From the NCBI RefSeq assembly GCF_009914755.1, contig NC_060939.1: a stretch of 64,000 nucleotides of DNA; one strand, written 5' to 3'. This document shows, piece after piece, positions 14,793 to 37,638 of this stretch. The position numbers were made by a program, and so were the translations under genes. Origin of the DNA: the human T2T-CHM13v2.0 reference genome, Homo sapiens. How positions within the stretch are numbered: the stretch's first letter is position 1; the number at the start of each line of letters is the position of its first letter. The notes under the pieces were generated by a model. It was not told the DNA's origin and made no database searches. It saw nothing but the letters and a program-made list of their open reading frames with translations.

Positions 14793-14942
14793 TTTCCAGG
14801 TTATAATTGAAGAGTGTATAAAACAGATGAGTTTCGAACTAAATCAAATGAGAGCAAATGGAAACACCACATCTAATAAGAACAGTGCAGCAATGGATGC
14901 AGAGATTGTGTTAAGATCTCTTATGGATTTTTTGGACAAAAC
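14793..14942 (+). CDS. UNC13C: UNC13C coding exon B (150 bp, phase 2 to 2): [49 protein letters not shown](T)
   Basis: Acceptor ctttatttttag| and donor AC|gtaagt. Lies within ORF 14752..14946. Contains the Munc13-like motif DAxxVLxxLMDFLD at the start of MHD2. Confidence 0.95.
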
Positions 14943-15934
14943 GTAAGTTTTTTTGCCCAGTTTTCTCTTTACTTATTGCCCTAAATTTGACCTTTAAGGC
15001 TTTAAGAAAAACATTGTTTTCCTCTGTGTAAGGTAGCATTAAAAGTCTTTCTATAGAAATAAATGAATTCAAAGATAAATAAATAAATTCATTAAAAAGC
15101 AACATACCTTTAATTGATTACTAGATAAAAATAAATTAGGAATGACTTTGTACAAGAAAGGAAAGAAAGAGGGGAAATAAATTTTATAACTAAGGAGGTT
15201 GCTGTTCTGAGGCAGAGAAAGATTTAGAACTTCATGTTCCTTGGATACCATATTGTTTTCAATCCTCCTGGACATAGAGAAAGACTGAGCTGAGTCCAGA
15301 ATAGCTGATTTCATGTCAGAAACCTGATGAAAAAGAGAATAGCACAAATATGACTAGAATTAACTTAGCTCAGAGGCAAGCAGATAGCTGCCTGACCCAA
15401 CCTTCAATAACGATTTATTGAGTGCTCACCTGTATCAAACCATATTTTACACACTGGACAGTGAAGAAAAAGAAAGCCGAAGTCCCTGATACCATGGAGA
15501 TTACAGTTTAATAGTGGTGGGAGTGCATGGGAATGCAGGCCATTATGACTGACTAAGACAAATTCTTAACCTGAAAGTTTGGTTGGTTGCTCTGTTTGTT
15601 TTTAAGGTTTTTGTTCTGTTCCTACTCTTAGAAGTTCTAATTTAGTAAGTTTGAGGCAGGGTCAGAGCACCTACAATTTGTAATGTGTCCACAGTTGGGA
15701 TTGGGAATCATTGATCTAAAGCAACCAGAAACATGATTTCGTAAACAGTGATACTCAAAACCAGAACTGAATGTACAAGAGAAAAGTGAATAATAATTTT
15801 GAATGCCTACCAAGGGACCAGTGTCATATATGTTAGTTTACATAATCTCATTTATTATTGTTGTGGCAAACTAATATCAAAAGGACCAAGATTTAAATAA
15901 AAGAAAAATTACAATGTCTTTCCTTAAAGACAAG

Positions 15935-20894
<4,960 letters not shown>

Positions 20895-23800
20895 GTTGGA
20901 TATTCTTCCAGGTAATTAAACTTATTTAGTGCATTTCTTTTTCTTTCCATCTAAATTTTCCCACAGTCATAATTATAAAATATTTAAATAGGTAAGGATA
21001 AAAAAGAAATAACTCATAGGAAAATATCTTCTGTATACTATGACTTCTGTTTTAATTCCATTTACCTTTGGTTGCCTTCTTACTACATAAGTCTAATGTT
21101 GTTATTTATTTAATGTCAATATTTGGTAGGAAAATTAAGCCTTATGTTTTGTTCTCTGTGGGGAAATATCTAGAAGATAGGTATATAGGTAAGTAGATAA
21201 TAGGATGTAGGTAGGGAAGTAGGTGCAGAAGAAAAGCAGAAGAAAGGAGAGAGGAAAGGGAAGAAGTAAAGAAAGAGAGAAGGAGAATTACTTTTCCTCA
21301 TTTCTTTAGTTAGTTAATGTAGACTTTCACTTTTACAACATAATTTTCTATACATTCTCTGGACATTTTTATCTTAGTATACGACTCTTTTCTATGGACA
21401 ACACAGAAATGGATCACTATAAACACCCCAACATTGGTTGTGAATGTGATGGTGATGAATAGCAGGCCCAAGCGATCCCAATTCACTTCAACCTCTCACT
21501 GGAATGCCTTCTGTTTTTTAGAAGTCCAATCAGTAGTTTGGAGAAGTATTATTTATTATTAGCAAAACTATTTGCTTTCTATGTCCTGTGGCCAAGGTTG
21601 TGGAACATAACAGAAAGTTTTAAGTAATCTTGGTACTTCCAACTATTAGCTGAGTGACTTTGAATCCATTTCACCATCTATAAAACGGGGCTAATAGATA
21701 AAATGGGTTGACTCTTATTTTCAGTACATTTTGATTCTTATTTTTACTCAGTCTTACTAAAGTATAATTAGAAAATTATGTCACCATATGTGTCATATCT
21801 TTTAATTATTGGTGGAAAGAGATAACGTATAAAGTTAGGAAATAATCTATGAGCTTTAAGCATTTGTAAAAGACATTTAAAACTTTTGAAAGAAATATGT
21901 CATGGAGAATTGCAGAAATCCTCAGGGCTAATTCAGAATGCATAACTTAAAAGCCACTGCATAGGGGAGATGCTTAAAAGCCAGATATTGATTCTGTTTT
22001 CAAGGAGCTAATAGTTTAGGAGGAGAAATAAGAAAGGAATACAAATAAACGTAAGATGTAAAGTGATAATGAGTACAATATTTATTTCTACTTCAAAGAA
22101 TGAATAAAAATTTGATTTGGATTGGGTATTTAAAGGTGGATAAAGTTTAGATATATGAAAATGAGGGACAGGCATTCCAAGGGGAGGGAAAACAACTAGG
22201 TAAATTTTCATGAAAATGCGATTAATTATATGACAGGAAATCTTTATTGCCAACCAATACACATGGCATTTGAAAATTGTCTGATTAATTAGTTTTGTAT
22301 TCAGCCAATCTAGATAGCTCAGGTTCTAAAATATATGCTTTTCAGCTTACATTATCAAGTTGATTAATTCAGACTGAATTAAAGAGGCATTTGCTAGTTT
22401 GCCATTATTTTCTATTATTTAAAATAAACAATAGAGGTTTGAAAGTCTTCAAGGTGGTTTGAGAAAATTCCCTTAGAAATCATGTTATATTGCGAATGTA
22501 TAAGCTCTTTTTGTCTTTGTGCAGCCTCTCTAAATAAAACATCTTCCTTCTTTATGTTGCACTTTCTCCACTAAGACCTTACCCCTTCACAAATTGAGGT
22601 GTAAACTGCATTTTTAACTAAAAGAAATCCTACGAGCTGCGCACGTGACAATGATTTTATTCCTATTTTTTTAGTTCCGGTCTAAGCAGGGTTAGTCAGC
22701 ATGCCAAGTATGTGAGCTGACCGTAAACACAAGATTAATTCTTAGACTTGGATCTTTGGAAAGTGGAAATTGTACATCTGCAGCAAAATTGGCAGAGTTG
22801 TTGTGTCTCCAATCATACCAGGAATTTTTCTGTGGATAGCCTTTGTTATTCTGCCATGACACATCTGCTGTTTTGTACCCTATGTCCATGCCAAATACTC
22901 ACCAGCAAGCTAAAAATGGTACCCCTGAAAAACAGTTTTCAAATTACAGGAGCCGGAGTTCCACATACATGCCTCAGGGGTCCCCAACCTTCCTCTTTAT
23001 CCAGAGAAGGTTGCTTTCACATATTTTTATATATTGGGCTTTTACATACACAGTGTTAGGATAAATACTTTAACATAAAAATGTGTCTTGAAAATCTCTG
23101 TATATGCCTCTCACATGTCACATGCCTTTCAATGTTATCCACTGTAATTATATAAATACAATTATGTATATCTTTAAATATTAAAAACAGCCAAATGTGT
23201 CTGTCATGACTAGAGCCCAGGTTATAATTTCCGAGTCCAAAAGCATACAGAGTAGCATTATAGGGAGTCAATGAGGCTGCCCTGAAATATATGACCCATC
23301 TTTGGCTCTCTGTGAAACAGGTTTAATTCACTTAGAGACTCAAAGAGGCCAGGGTCATATGATAGTATATTTAATAGATACTTAGGCAGCACTGTGTCTT
23401 CAAATAGGCTGGAACATCCTGCATAAGCACATTCATCAGAGGTAGTATGGGACATTGGAAGACAGGCTGGATTTAGAAGAGTCAAACTTTGAATCTAACT
23501 TACTAGCTTCACTTCCGTGGACAAGTACCCAAGCCTCTGTGCCTGTTTTTGAGTTGTAATATGGGTATACTAGTAAATGAGAAATATATACAGAAGAAGT
23601 TTCTAAAGAATAGCTTGTATAGGTATTATACAAATGCTAGATAATGTTACATCATTATGTCACCATGAGAAGAATTTGTAAGGAATACCTTACACCTATT
23701 AAAATAGGTAAATTTTTATTCTTGATTGAAATTATATACACCTTTGCCATGTTGTTATGTTGGTCCAGTGCCCAGTAGTGCTGAAAATGTATTTCCTTGG

Positions 23801-24070
23801 TGTTCCTAGACCATGAACATTGGCGTATACTAAATACACATCGGGGTGAGGGTGAAAATCGTGTGCTTTGGGAGACTGACTCCACTGTGGAGAATGGTCT
23901 GCCTTCTGCTGCTGTAACATGGGTGAAAAATATGGGTTCCGTTGTCCTTTTCTCAACTGTCATGCCAAACCTAGGTGACCGATATCAGAAATTGCTCTAG
24001 GTTTAATAAGTCTTAAATATGAATAAAAAGGGATCATTTGCCTTTAAAGATATTTTACTTTGTGTGCTTT

Positions 24071-28359
<4,289 letters not shown>

Positions 28360-28596
28360 ATCTTTCCAAAGCCTGTTGATTTAGAAAACAACGTAAGAAA
28401 AGAAGTATGCTGATTTCATTTTCCATCAAATATAGAGAATTATCTAATGTACAGAATCATGAAATAGTTTTTTGAGATTATACATTTTGTATAATAATTT
28501 AGTAAATGGAATTTAGCATTTGAAAATCGTAAAGGCCTAAATTGATACCTTGATCTGAAATTTAAAAGTGAATATATATATATATTTTTTTTTCAG

Positions 28597-28720
28597 ATTA
28601 AGTCTCTCAGCAAAAATCTGTGAGAAAACAGTCCTAAAGCGAGTTTTAAAAGAGTTATGGAAGCTAGTTCTCAACAAAATAGAAAAACAAATTGTTCTTC
28701 CTCCTCTGACAGATCAAACA
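28597..28720 (+). CDS. UNC13C: UNC13C coding exon C (124 bp, phase 2 to 0): [41 protein letters not shown]
   Basis: Acceptor tttttttttcag| and donor ACA|gtaagt. Contains the conserved Munc13 motifs [16 protein letters not shown] and VLPPLTDQT. Not in the ORF track. Confidence 0.97.
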
Positions 28721-30009
28721 GTAAGTATATAAAGTTTAGTTATGCTTTCATTAACCCATCTGTTTTTGGTTTAAGTGAATGGTTTTCATCCAGATGAAAT
28801 ACTAATTAAATCCCTTTGGGGAAAAAGTGTTTGGTATCCAGTTTCTTAACAATGATCATTCAAATGATAGTTTCCTATCCAAGTCAATTTTAAATAATGG
28901 CAATAGCAGTCAGACTTCACGTTGCTTGACAGTCAGAACTTAACCTCTTAAAACATGTATCAAAGTTCTATTTATAGTGTTATCTGGTTTACACATACAT
29001 TTTTATTTAATTTTACCGACCTCAAGAAAATAGAATTAAGATACAATGTATCCCTGTGCTTCTTTCTTAAATTTTACAGTTTAAGGAGATAGTTACACCA
29101 CTGCTATTTGGATTTTTTTTTCACCTTTCTATTATGCTTTCATCTCTTACCTCCCCACTTGGAAGTTAATAGAGGAGGCATCTTTTAGTGAATCTGAAAA
29201 ATGTGATTGTATCACACAAAGAAAAAGGAAAAGAACCAGAAAGATCAATTGGCTGCAAAATTAGACACTGGTCAAGTGGATACACAGAGCCAGGTATCTC
29301 TGTTCACATATCCTGAGCCAAACAAGGGAAAAATAACACTAACAAGCACCTGTTACGGGGCAATGTATTTTTTTCTCCGTGACTGAGGAAGATAAATTGA
29401 TGCAAATAATGAGTAAGTATAAATGGAAATAAAATATGCATTATTATACATTAGTTATACACACTCAGTCCATGTTTATTCAGTGAAAGCATATGCCTAG
29501 AAAACACTTTCTTATAAAGTGTTCCGAGATGCAAATATGCCTGTGTTTTTGTTGATTTACTGCCAGACAGTGAGTGATAAAATATAAATTACTTTGAGTT
29601 TCGCTTAATGCCATGAATGTGTGCTTTAATCATTTTATAGCCTACATATATATAGGTTCTAAGTCACATTTATAAATACACACACACATACACATTCTAC
29701 TTCAATACATAATATATTTCCATAACACCAGTTAGCACTCATGTAGTTGTTCAATAGAGGAATGTCAGTATAATCTGGAAGTTGGGTTGGTTTATATATA
29801 AATTTCCCTAGGTCAGAGGCTCTCGAATGTAATAGAAAAACTATAACTTCAGCCGAAAAAGAAAAAGCTCTCACCTTGGCTACTTCACAGACCTGTTTTA
29901 AAAAGGAAAAAAGAGGAGAGTAACTGTACATCATGGGTTCCCTCTCTGGAAAACTGAAGCTTGCATGACTGTCACAGATTGCAGGCTACCTTTTCCCGTC
30001 TGCTGGTAG

Positions 30010-30324
<315 letters not shown>

Positions 30325-30387
30325 TAATATTCCTTGAGGCAACCATTAGCTTCACTGAGTTCCCTGCTAGCTGTCCAAGCCATATCC

Positions 30388-30449
30388 CAAAGTAGCAGTT
30401 ATGGTTTTGATTGTTCTTCAAAGTAGCAATTATGGTTTTGATTGTTCTT
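30388..30449. repeat. 31-bp tandem duplication with one mismatch
   Basis: caaagtagcagttatggttttgattgttctt followed by caaagtagcaattatggttttgattgttctt. Confidence 0.93.
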
Positions 30450-31509
30450 TAGTAACAGAATTGCAAGGGCTTGGACTGTTCTGCCCATTGCTGTTTTTCC
30501 CATAAGCCCTATTATTTTTAGTGTGCAATTTTGTAGAATGTGAGGTTTTTCAAGAATGTATATATTATGTTACAGTAGAAATGCTATCTATGACATTTCA
30601 TTTTCTGTATAAGGTTTTCCCTAGGAAAGCTTACCATCACCTAAAATTTCTCTAGCATTGAGATATCCAAGTATGAATACATATCATTTATTCATTCATT
30701 AAATAAATATTCTTTGAGCTCCTACTATGTACTAGGCACTGTGCTAGGTGACGGGGCAAAATATGAGCAAAATTAACCACGGTCACTATTCTCAAACTTA
30801 TAGTCTTTAATTCTCCAATAAAATACACACTCCGATAAAACATCTAGATAACATTTGTTCAGAATAGCTAATTTTCCTTCCTGTGACAATATTTCAAGCT
30901 CTAATGAACTTGGCCAAATTTAGTACTTTTCCAGTCACATACACCAACAGACATGCCTCTAGTTTTTCATTCTAGTAAAGCATTGGATAGTTTATTCCAG
31001 TGTTTTTCAAATTCATTTCCCCAGGGCCTTGGGGTTCTAGAGAAAGCCTCTGGCTGAGGGAGGGGTTAAGAGGGTAGTCGCTAATAGACTGGACAGCATT
31101 TTAGAAGGAGCAATTCCACCTTCTTTAGCCCCGTATCTTCAGATTTTGCATACATTTATTTTTGCAGGGAGTAGAATGAGGAAGTTGCCTCTGCTAAAAA
31201 TAAATGAATAAAAGTTAAAGATCACTGATTTAATCCATATACTACATTAAACTGGCTACATTAGTAGCAACCTAGTCATTAACCTAAACTTAAGACTTTG
31301 AAAAGTGGGACACCTATGAGGACTGTTATACTGCCAGCGGTACTAGATATATTTGACCCAATCTTTATAATAGACCAATTAAGGGCATCTGGCATAAGCC
31401 ATAAGTCTTATAAGGGAAATAAAGAAATTATCTGTTGACTGCATTTCTATTGTGACTAATACTGAATATCTTAAGACTGAGTCTTCTCTCACTTTTTCTT
31501 TGTTTCTAG

Positions 31510-31566
31510 GGACCCCAGATGATTTTCATTGCAGCTAAAGATCTTGGACAATTATCCAAACTGAAG
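31510..31566 (+). CDS. UNC13C: UNC13C coding exon D (57 bp, phase 0 to 0): GPQMIFIAAKDLGQLSKLK
   Basis: Acceptor ctttttctttgtttctag| and donor AAG|gtaata. Homologous to Munc13-1 GTQMIFNAAKELGQLSKLK. Confidence 0.93.
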
Positions 31567-32089
31567 GTAATAAAAATAAGGAAATTACTTATTCATGGAA
31601 AGTAGTGAGTTAACTACAGTTCTGCAAGCATCCTCCTCCTAGTAATAGTATCTAGCATGGCAGGATTAAGAAGATGTGTGTGTGATTTCACAATCTGCTT
31701 TAGGAATTTTTAACTTTGTATTGCAGCATTTAGCATTATTGCTTCTGGATTAAATTAGAGAGCATATTTTCTTTCATATATTAAACTGGCTTGATGTGAA
31801 CAAAGACAAAATGGAACACTGCATAGAAATCCAGTGAAGTCTAGAGAAGTCTTCAAACCAAGAAACACAGTACGGGAAAATGAAACTCATCAAAGCAGGC
31901 ACTGAACTTGTCAACATGTTCAATACCATTACAAGTGGGAGATGTTCTGACTAAATGACCTTGTGCTTAGTTATAATTTGAGATTCCCAAAACACTGGAT
32001 TTAGGCAGGAAACTTCAGTCCCTGTTCCTCTAGCATAGGAACTTGACTGGCTAAAATACATGCTATTTTTATTCCATTTCTACCTACTA

Positions 32090-32280
32090 GAATGTAGTTA
32101 AGGGATGAGTTCCAGACACAGGTAACCTTGTTTCAAATTCTTCCTCAAATGCTTCCTACTATGTGACATGGGCCAAAGTATTTAACCTCCCTAATCTTCA
32201 GATGTGGCTCTTGTAAAATGCAAAAAAAGAATAATATCAGTTATAAGGATTGTTGTGAGTGTAAATGAGACAAGACATAC
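32090..32280 (+). mobile_element. MIR SINE
   Basis: MIR core-like tactatgtgacatgggccaaagtatttaacctccct...gtaaaatg...ggattgttgtgagtgtaaatgaga. Confidence 0.65.
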
Positions 32281-32869
32281 ATTATCTTTGCTTGGTAACT
32301 GCAAAGTGTATGTCACCTCCCACTTGCAGTTGGAGCTATCTTCATTCCTCCCCCAGCTGGTAGCTCAAAGTTAGGTGCCATTGAGTATTGGATTGTTTCA
32401 TATGTACAGCACAGGGGAAAAACAAAATGTATAATTATTTACTGAGGTAAAATATGTGCCTTATAATTTCAGTATTCTATTTTATCATCCACATTATCCC
32501 ATTCCTAACACAAAAATTAAAACCAGTAATCCATCTGGAAGATATAACTATCACCTAAAATTGTCACCCACACATGTTCAGTGCTGTTGATGGTTGGAAG
32601 GAAAGATAAAAGGTAGATGTCACTGCCAAACTATTATTTTGAATCTTGGATCTTTATCCCTTTCTGTATCCCTTTTATTACCTCCCTGGGATTTCTGGAG
32701 CCTACTTTGAAAAGTGGATTTATACACTGCGGAAGTTTCTCACATAAAACCATGAAGGTGAAATAACATAGGTCTTACTACAAAAGAAATGGCCCTGGCC
32801 ATGCATCTAATATCTGTGTGATGTTAGTAAGCACACTGCATCTCCCCAGGCTTCAGTTTCCTGAGTTGA

Positions 32870-33390
32870 GTGTTCTATCAGCTAGAACTATTTCATTTTC
32901 AAGTGATGGAAAGCCAAACATAAGCAAACAGGGAATTTACTGCTACATGAAATTTTATAGTCCAGGGGTAACTCTGGTTTCTGTTACTGCTTGATTAGGG
33001 ATTCAAACAATTTTACAGGACCCAGATACTCACTGCCTCTCAACTCTGCCCTTCTCCTTGTTTGATACGTTGCCATAACAGACCTTCATTTCTGTGTGTA
33101 AGTTGGTTGTCTCTGCTCTCACATCCTTTGATGTTACATCTTTTGAACTTCAAATCTTGTAGAGAAAAACACCCATCTCAGTGCAAGGAATCACAGCAAA
33201 GTCTCCTGGAATATCAGTAGCTCTGAGGAAGTATGATCACCATTCCCAAACCAGTCACCATGGTCTGAGAAGTGACATGTGCCAATTGGCTTAACTGACA
33301 TACTCACCCTGAGGTTTGGGTACAACCCAATCCAAATCCTATGAACTCTGATCGAGATAGAGACTGGTTCCCTAGAGGGTATATACATGC
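32870..33390. mobile_element. Old MaLR LTR (MLT1J/K-like), approximate bounds
   Basis: Degenerate similarity, e.g. tcagctagaact...caagtgatggaaagccaaac and ccattcccaaaccagtcaccatgg...ccaattggcttaa. Confidence 0.5.
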
Positions 33391-34099
33391 TCTGTGGGAA
33401 AAATCAGGGTCCACAGAAAACATAACACTTTAGCATGCTTTGTGGTCCCATTATTTTCTCAATTCACTGAATTCTTTTTTAATTCTAATAACCTAAAAGC
33501 ACACTATAAATACAATGACCTAACAGGATTATTTCAACAACACTGAAATAACATGAAGGACTAAAGATAGTCTTTGTGTCTATTGATGATGAGAAAAATA
33601 ACTTCGTTCTGTATCATATTCCATTATTGGCTTTTGAGTTTTTTATTTTTAAATTATCAGTCCATTTAGTTATTACTATTTGAATTACAGAGCAATAAAT
33701 CTCCTACAGTATTATGCAAAAACCTGAAACTCCAGCTGGCATGAAGAACTTCAAATTGTATAAAACTATTTCCTCTTATTTTATTAGAATGTCACTCCCA
33801 TTTAAAAAAAATGTTAAACTATGGGTCTTTAAATTTTTAATATATTAATTTGAAAGCAGATATGATGTGCTGAAAAGGTGCTATTTGAAATAATTGTACT
33901 GATAGAAAATTTCAGAACTCCTATTTAGGAGTATTGATAGATAACTGCCTAAAGGAACACAAGATCAAGAAAAATGAAACAATGTGGGGAACTAATTGGT
34001 TTTCTGTGTTTGGCTATGATTTGGGATTATTCCATTAAACATGTATTTATTCAACAATTTGACATTTTCTATTACTTCATAATCTGGAATTTCATTAGG

Positions 34100-35460
34100 T
34101 GTAATATATATTATATATAATTATATTATATATTACAATATATAATATAAAATTATGTATTATATATAATTATATTGTACAATATATAATGTAATATATA
34201 ATTATATATTATATACAATTATATTATATATTACAATGTATATTATATATTACAGCATATAATATAATATATAATTATATAATTATATATTACAATATAT
34301 AATATAATTATATATTATATTATATATAATTATATATTATATATTATATATAATAATATAATTATATATTATATTGTATATAATTATATATTATATATAA
34401 TTATATTATATTGTACAATATATAATATATAATTATATAATTATATTATATATTGTACAATATAATATAATTATATAATTATATTATATTGTACTATATA
34501 ATATAATTATATAATTATATATTATATATAATTATATTATATTGTACAATATATAATATAATATATATTATATAGTACAATATATAATATATAGTACAAT
34601 ATATAATATAATATATAATATATTATATAGTACAATATAATATAATATATAATTATATTATATAGTACAATATATAATATAATTTATATATTGTATAATA
34701 TAATTATGTATTCTATATTACAATATATTATATATTATATTCTATATTACAATATATAATATATATTGTATTCTATATTACAATATATATTATATATTAA
34801 TATATAATATATATTGTATTCTATATTACTATATATATATTAATATATAATATATATTGTATTCTATATTACATTATATAATATATATTGTATTCTATAT
34901 TACAATATATATTATATATTGTATTCTATATTACAATATATATTATATATTGTATTCTATATTACAATATATAATATATATTGTATTCTATATTACAATA
35001 TATAATATATATTGTATTCTATATTACAATATATAATATATATTGTATTCTATATTACAATATATAATATATAGTATTCTATATTACAATATATATTATA
35101 TACTGTATTCTATATTACAATATATATTATATACTGTATTCTATATTACAATATATATTATATATTGTATTCTATATTACAATATATATTATATATTGTA
35201 TTCTATATTACAATATAGAATATTATATATTGTATTCTATATTACAATATAGAATATTATATATAATATATAATTGAATATATTGTAATATATAATATAA
35301 TATATAATTATATTATATTATGTATTAGTATATTATATTATATATTGTAATATATAATATTATATATAATATATAATATAATTATAATATATAATATATA
35401 TTACAGAAAACATTTATAATGTGTATTACATATAATATATATTAAATATATGCTATATAT
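34100..35460. repeat. AT-rich low-complexity tract containing a 31-bp minisatellite (~34700-35260)
   Basis: Almost pure A/T. Unit ttgtattctatattacaatatataatatata repeated roughly 17 times with variants. Confidence 0.95.
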
Positions 35461-37369
35461 AACATATATTTGCCTCAAAATATTTCATATAATCAGATTT
35501 ATTTGACATAAAAAAATGCATAAATCTTCAGGAACTGGTGATATAATATTAAAACCAATTGATGAAAATACACCTGAGACTCTGAGTTTACTGCATGCTT
35601 TTTACTTGGGCAATAACTCATTGCTGGCCTCTTTCAGAGATCCCCTTACTTGAATGATCTGTTGCTAAATTCTAAAAAATTATTTCTAGTAAGAATTATA
35701 TTTCTAGCACCAGCGTATATCACTTATTAGCATCTGTTAGAAAATAATGTGACCACATTGTTAAACCAGTCAAGATTGATGAAGCCAGATAAATTTATTT
35801 AATAGAAAATATTTTTAATTACTTGTCTGAAAGCATTTTCCCCTATAATTCAGCAAACATTTCTATTACTCTTTGAGTCTCAATGGGTATATAATATTGC
35901 TATTTAAAAACTGTGAAATGAACTCATATGATTAACTTGAAATCCCCGTATCAGAGAAAGATTCAGTAAGATGTATAAATATATATCATGGATCCATGAA
36001 ACATTATACCATGTTGTTAGCAGTATCCAAAGACAATGATTCTATTGGAGCATATAAAATCTGTGACACACATTGAAGGAAGTACAATCCAATTACCAAA
36101 AATTTACTGAGTGCCTAGCAGATAACAACTGCCAAAATAGACACGGAAAAGCTGAAGGAGTGAGCGAGACATAGATAGATTATTATCTTCAGGAAGTCGT
36201 GGCAACTACCAAATAAAACAGTAAGATAAAGGCCAAAATAGAAGGACAAGCCACTGGGTGTGATTGCGTGGTTTGTGCATTATGCAAAAATGCATACCTA
36301 AAGGAGCAAGTGACAGCCAAAATTGAGCCCATGTTCCACTTGCCAAGCCGTATGTGTTAACTTGAAGCTGTCCTCTTATAAAAAATAAGACACCTTTTAT
36401 TATTTACCAAAGGCACTGCTTTACTCTTCATTCCATACCTGCTCAGAGCTATGTTCCCCCACGTGGGACTTTTCTTCTAATTCACAAAGTCACCTACATA
36501 AGTTTAAGCTCCAGAAGGACAAACGTTTTCCCTGTATTAAACAATATATCTCATTCTCTGCGAACAGTGCTGGCACAAAATAAACACTCAATAAATATTT
36601 GTTGAGTGTTGTCGAATAGAATAATGGCAGCCCTGGGATGATTGTATCAGTTTTGGGGGATCAGACATTTTTAAATTTTTCCCTTAGTTTTTATTTCCTT
36701 TATTATTTTCTTTTTCTGCCATCATTTCCCTAAATAAGCTTTGTATGATGGGTTGAAACAGACCACAGTGAACAACGAAGAAATTCCATTGTAAAATAAT
36801 GAAATAAGTTTTAAAATCAGTTCTAAAATACTTAAAATGATTATAAAATATTTAAAATATTCACAGCCAAATTTAGTTAATTCCTTGGGGCTTTTCCCAG
36901 GAATGAGTAAGAATTGAGGGCATCTAAGAAGAAGAATAAAGTGGAGGCATTATATTTAAAATAGACTTTATCAGTAATAATTGGGAGAGGCTTAAATTTG
37001 CTCCTTAAATCCTTTTCATGATTGATAGTCCTCAACGTGACAGACATAAACCAAGGAAGTCAGGTGACAAAATTTCATCACGCATTTTCCAGGTTTCTCT
37101 CTTTTTTCCCTAACATTAGTTTGCAAGTGAAAATAAAGCCACACCTCTATCAAAGCACTTCTTTTTAAGTAAATATTGAACATTTCTTCCTTTGACAGAG
37201 AGGAGATTTATAAAATATATGACAATCATTTTATTTTAAATGCATTCAGGTGCAGAAGATATTTCAAATAGGAAGTTTGGCATATGGGGATAATACAGAT
37301 TATGTTTTCAAGTAGTTGTTGAATACATGAACTGGTTGTTTTATAAGCAATTCTTCACCTGTTTTCCAG

Positions 37370-37450
37370 GAGCACATGATTCGAGAGGATGCCAGGGGTC
37401 TGACGCCAAGACAATGCGCTATAATGGAGGTAGTCCTGGCTACCATCAAG
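37370..37450 (+). CDS. UNC13C: UNC13C coding exon E (81 bp, phase 0 to 0): [27 protein letters not shown]
   Basis: Acceptor ttcttcacctgttttccag| and donor AAG|gtgaga. Homologous to Munc13-1 [27 protein letters not shown]. Confidence 0.95.
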
Positions 37451-37582
37451 GTGAGATTATAATGCTCCTATATATACATCGAGAGAGGCCCCCATTTACC
37501 TCCAGAGATAGGTAGCCCTGATCTTAGCCATGTATCAGTAGAGCTGCGCCATTCAAAGAGATAGTAGATAGTTGAATAGATA

Positions 37583-37638
37583 TAGGTTGGTGCAATAGTA
37601 ATTGTGGTTTTTGCCATTAATACTATTGCACCAACCTA
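37583..37638. mobile_element. Internally deleted MADE1 (Hsmar1-derived MITE)
   Basis: taggttggtgcaatagtaattgtggtttttgccattaatactattgcaccaaccta, with a perfect 18-bp terminal inverted repeat. Confidence 0.92.

Noticed and set aside
29170-29300. Possible homologue of the UNC13A alternative loop exon (one frame reads HKEKGKEPERS)
   Set aside because: Similarity is weak and compositional, and the available AG/GT pairs give a stop or an incompatible phase.
34700-35260. CRISPR-like array or coding repeat (ORF 35043-35252)
   Set aside because: Head-to-tail tandem units without unique spacers, in a primate intron; this is a minisatellite.
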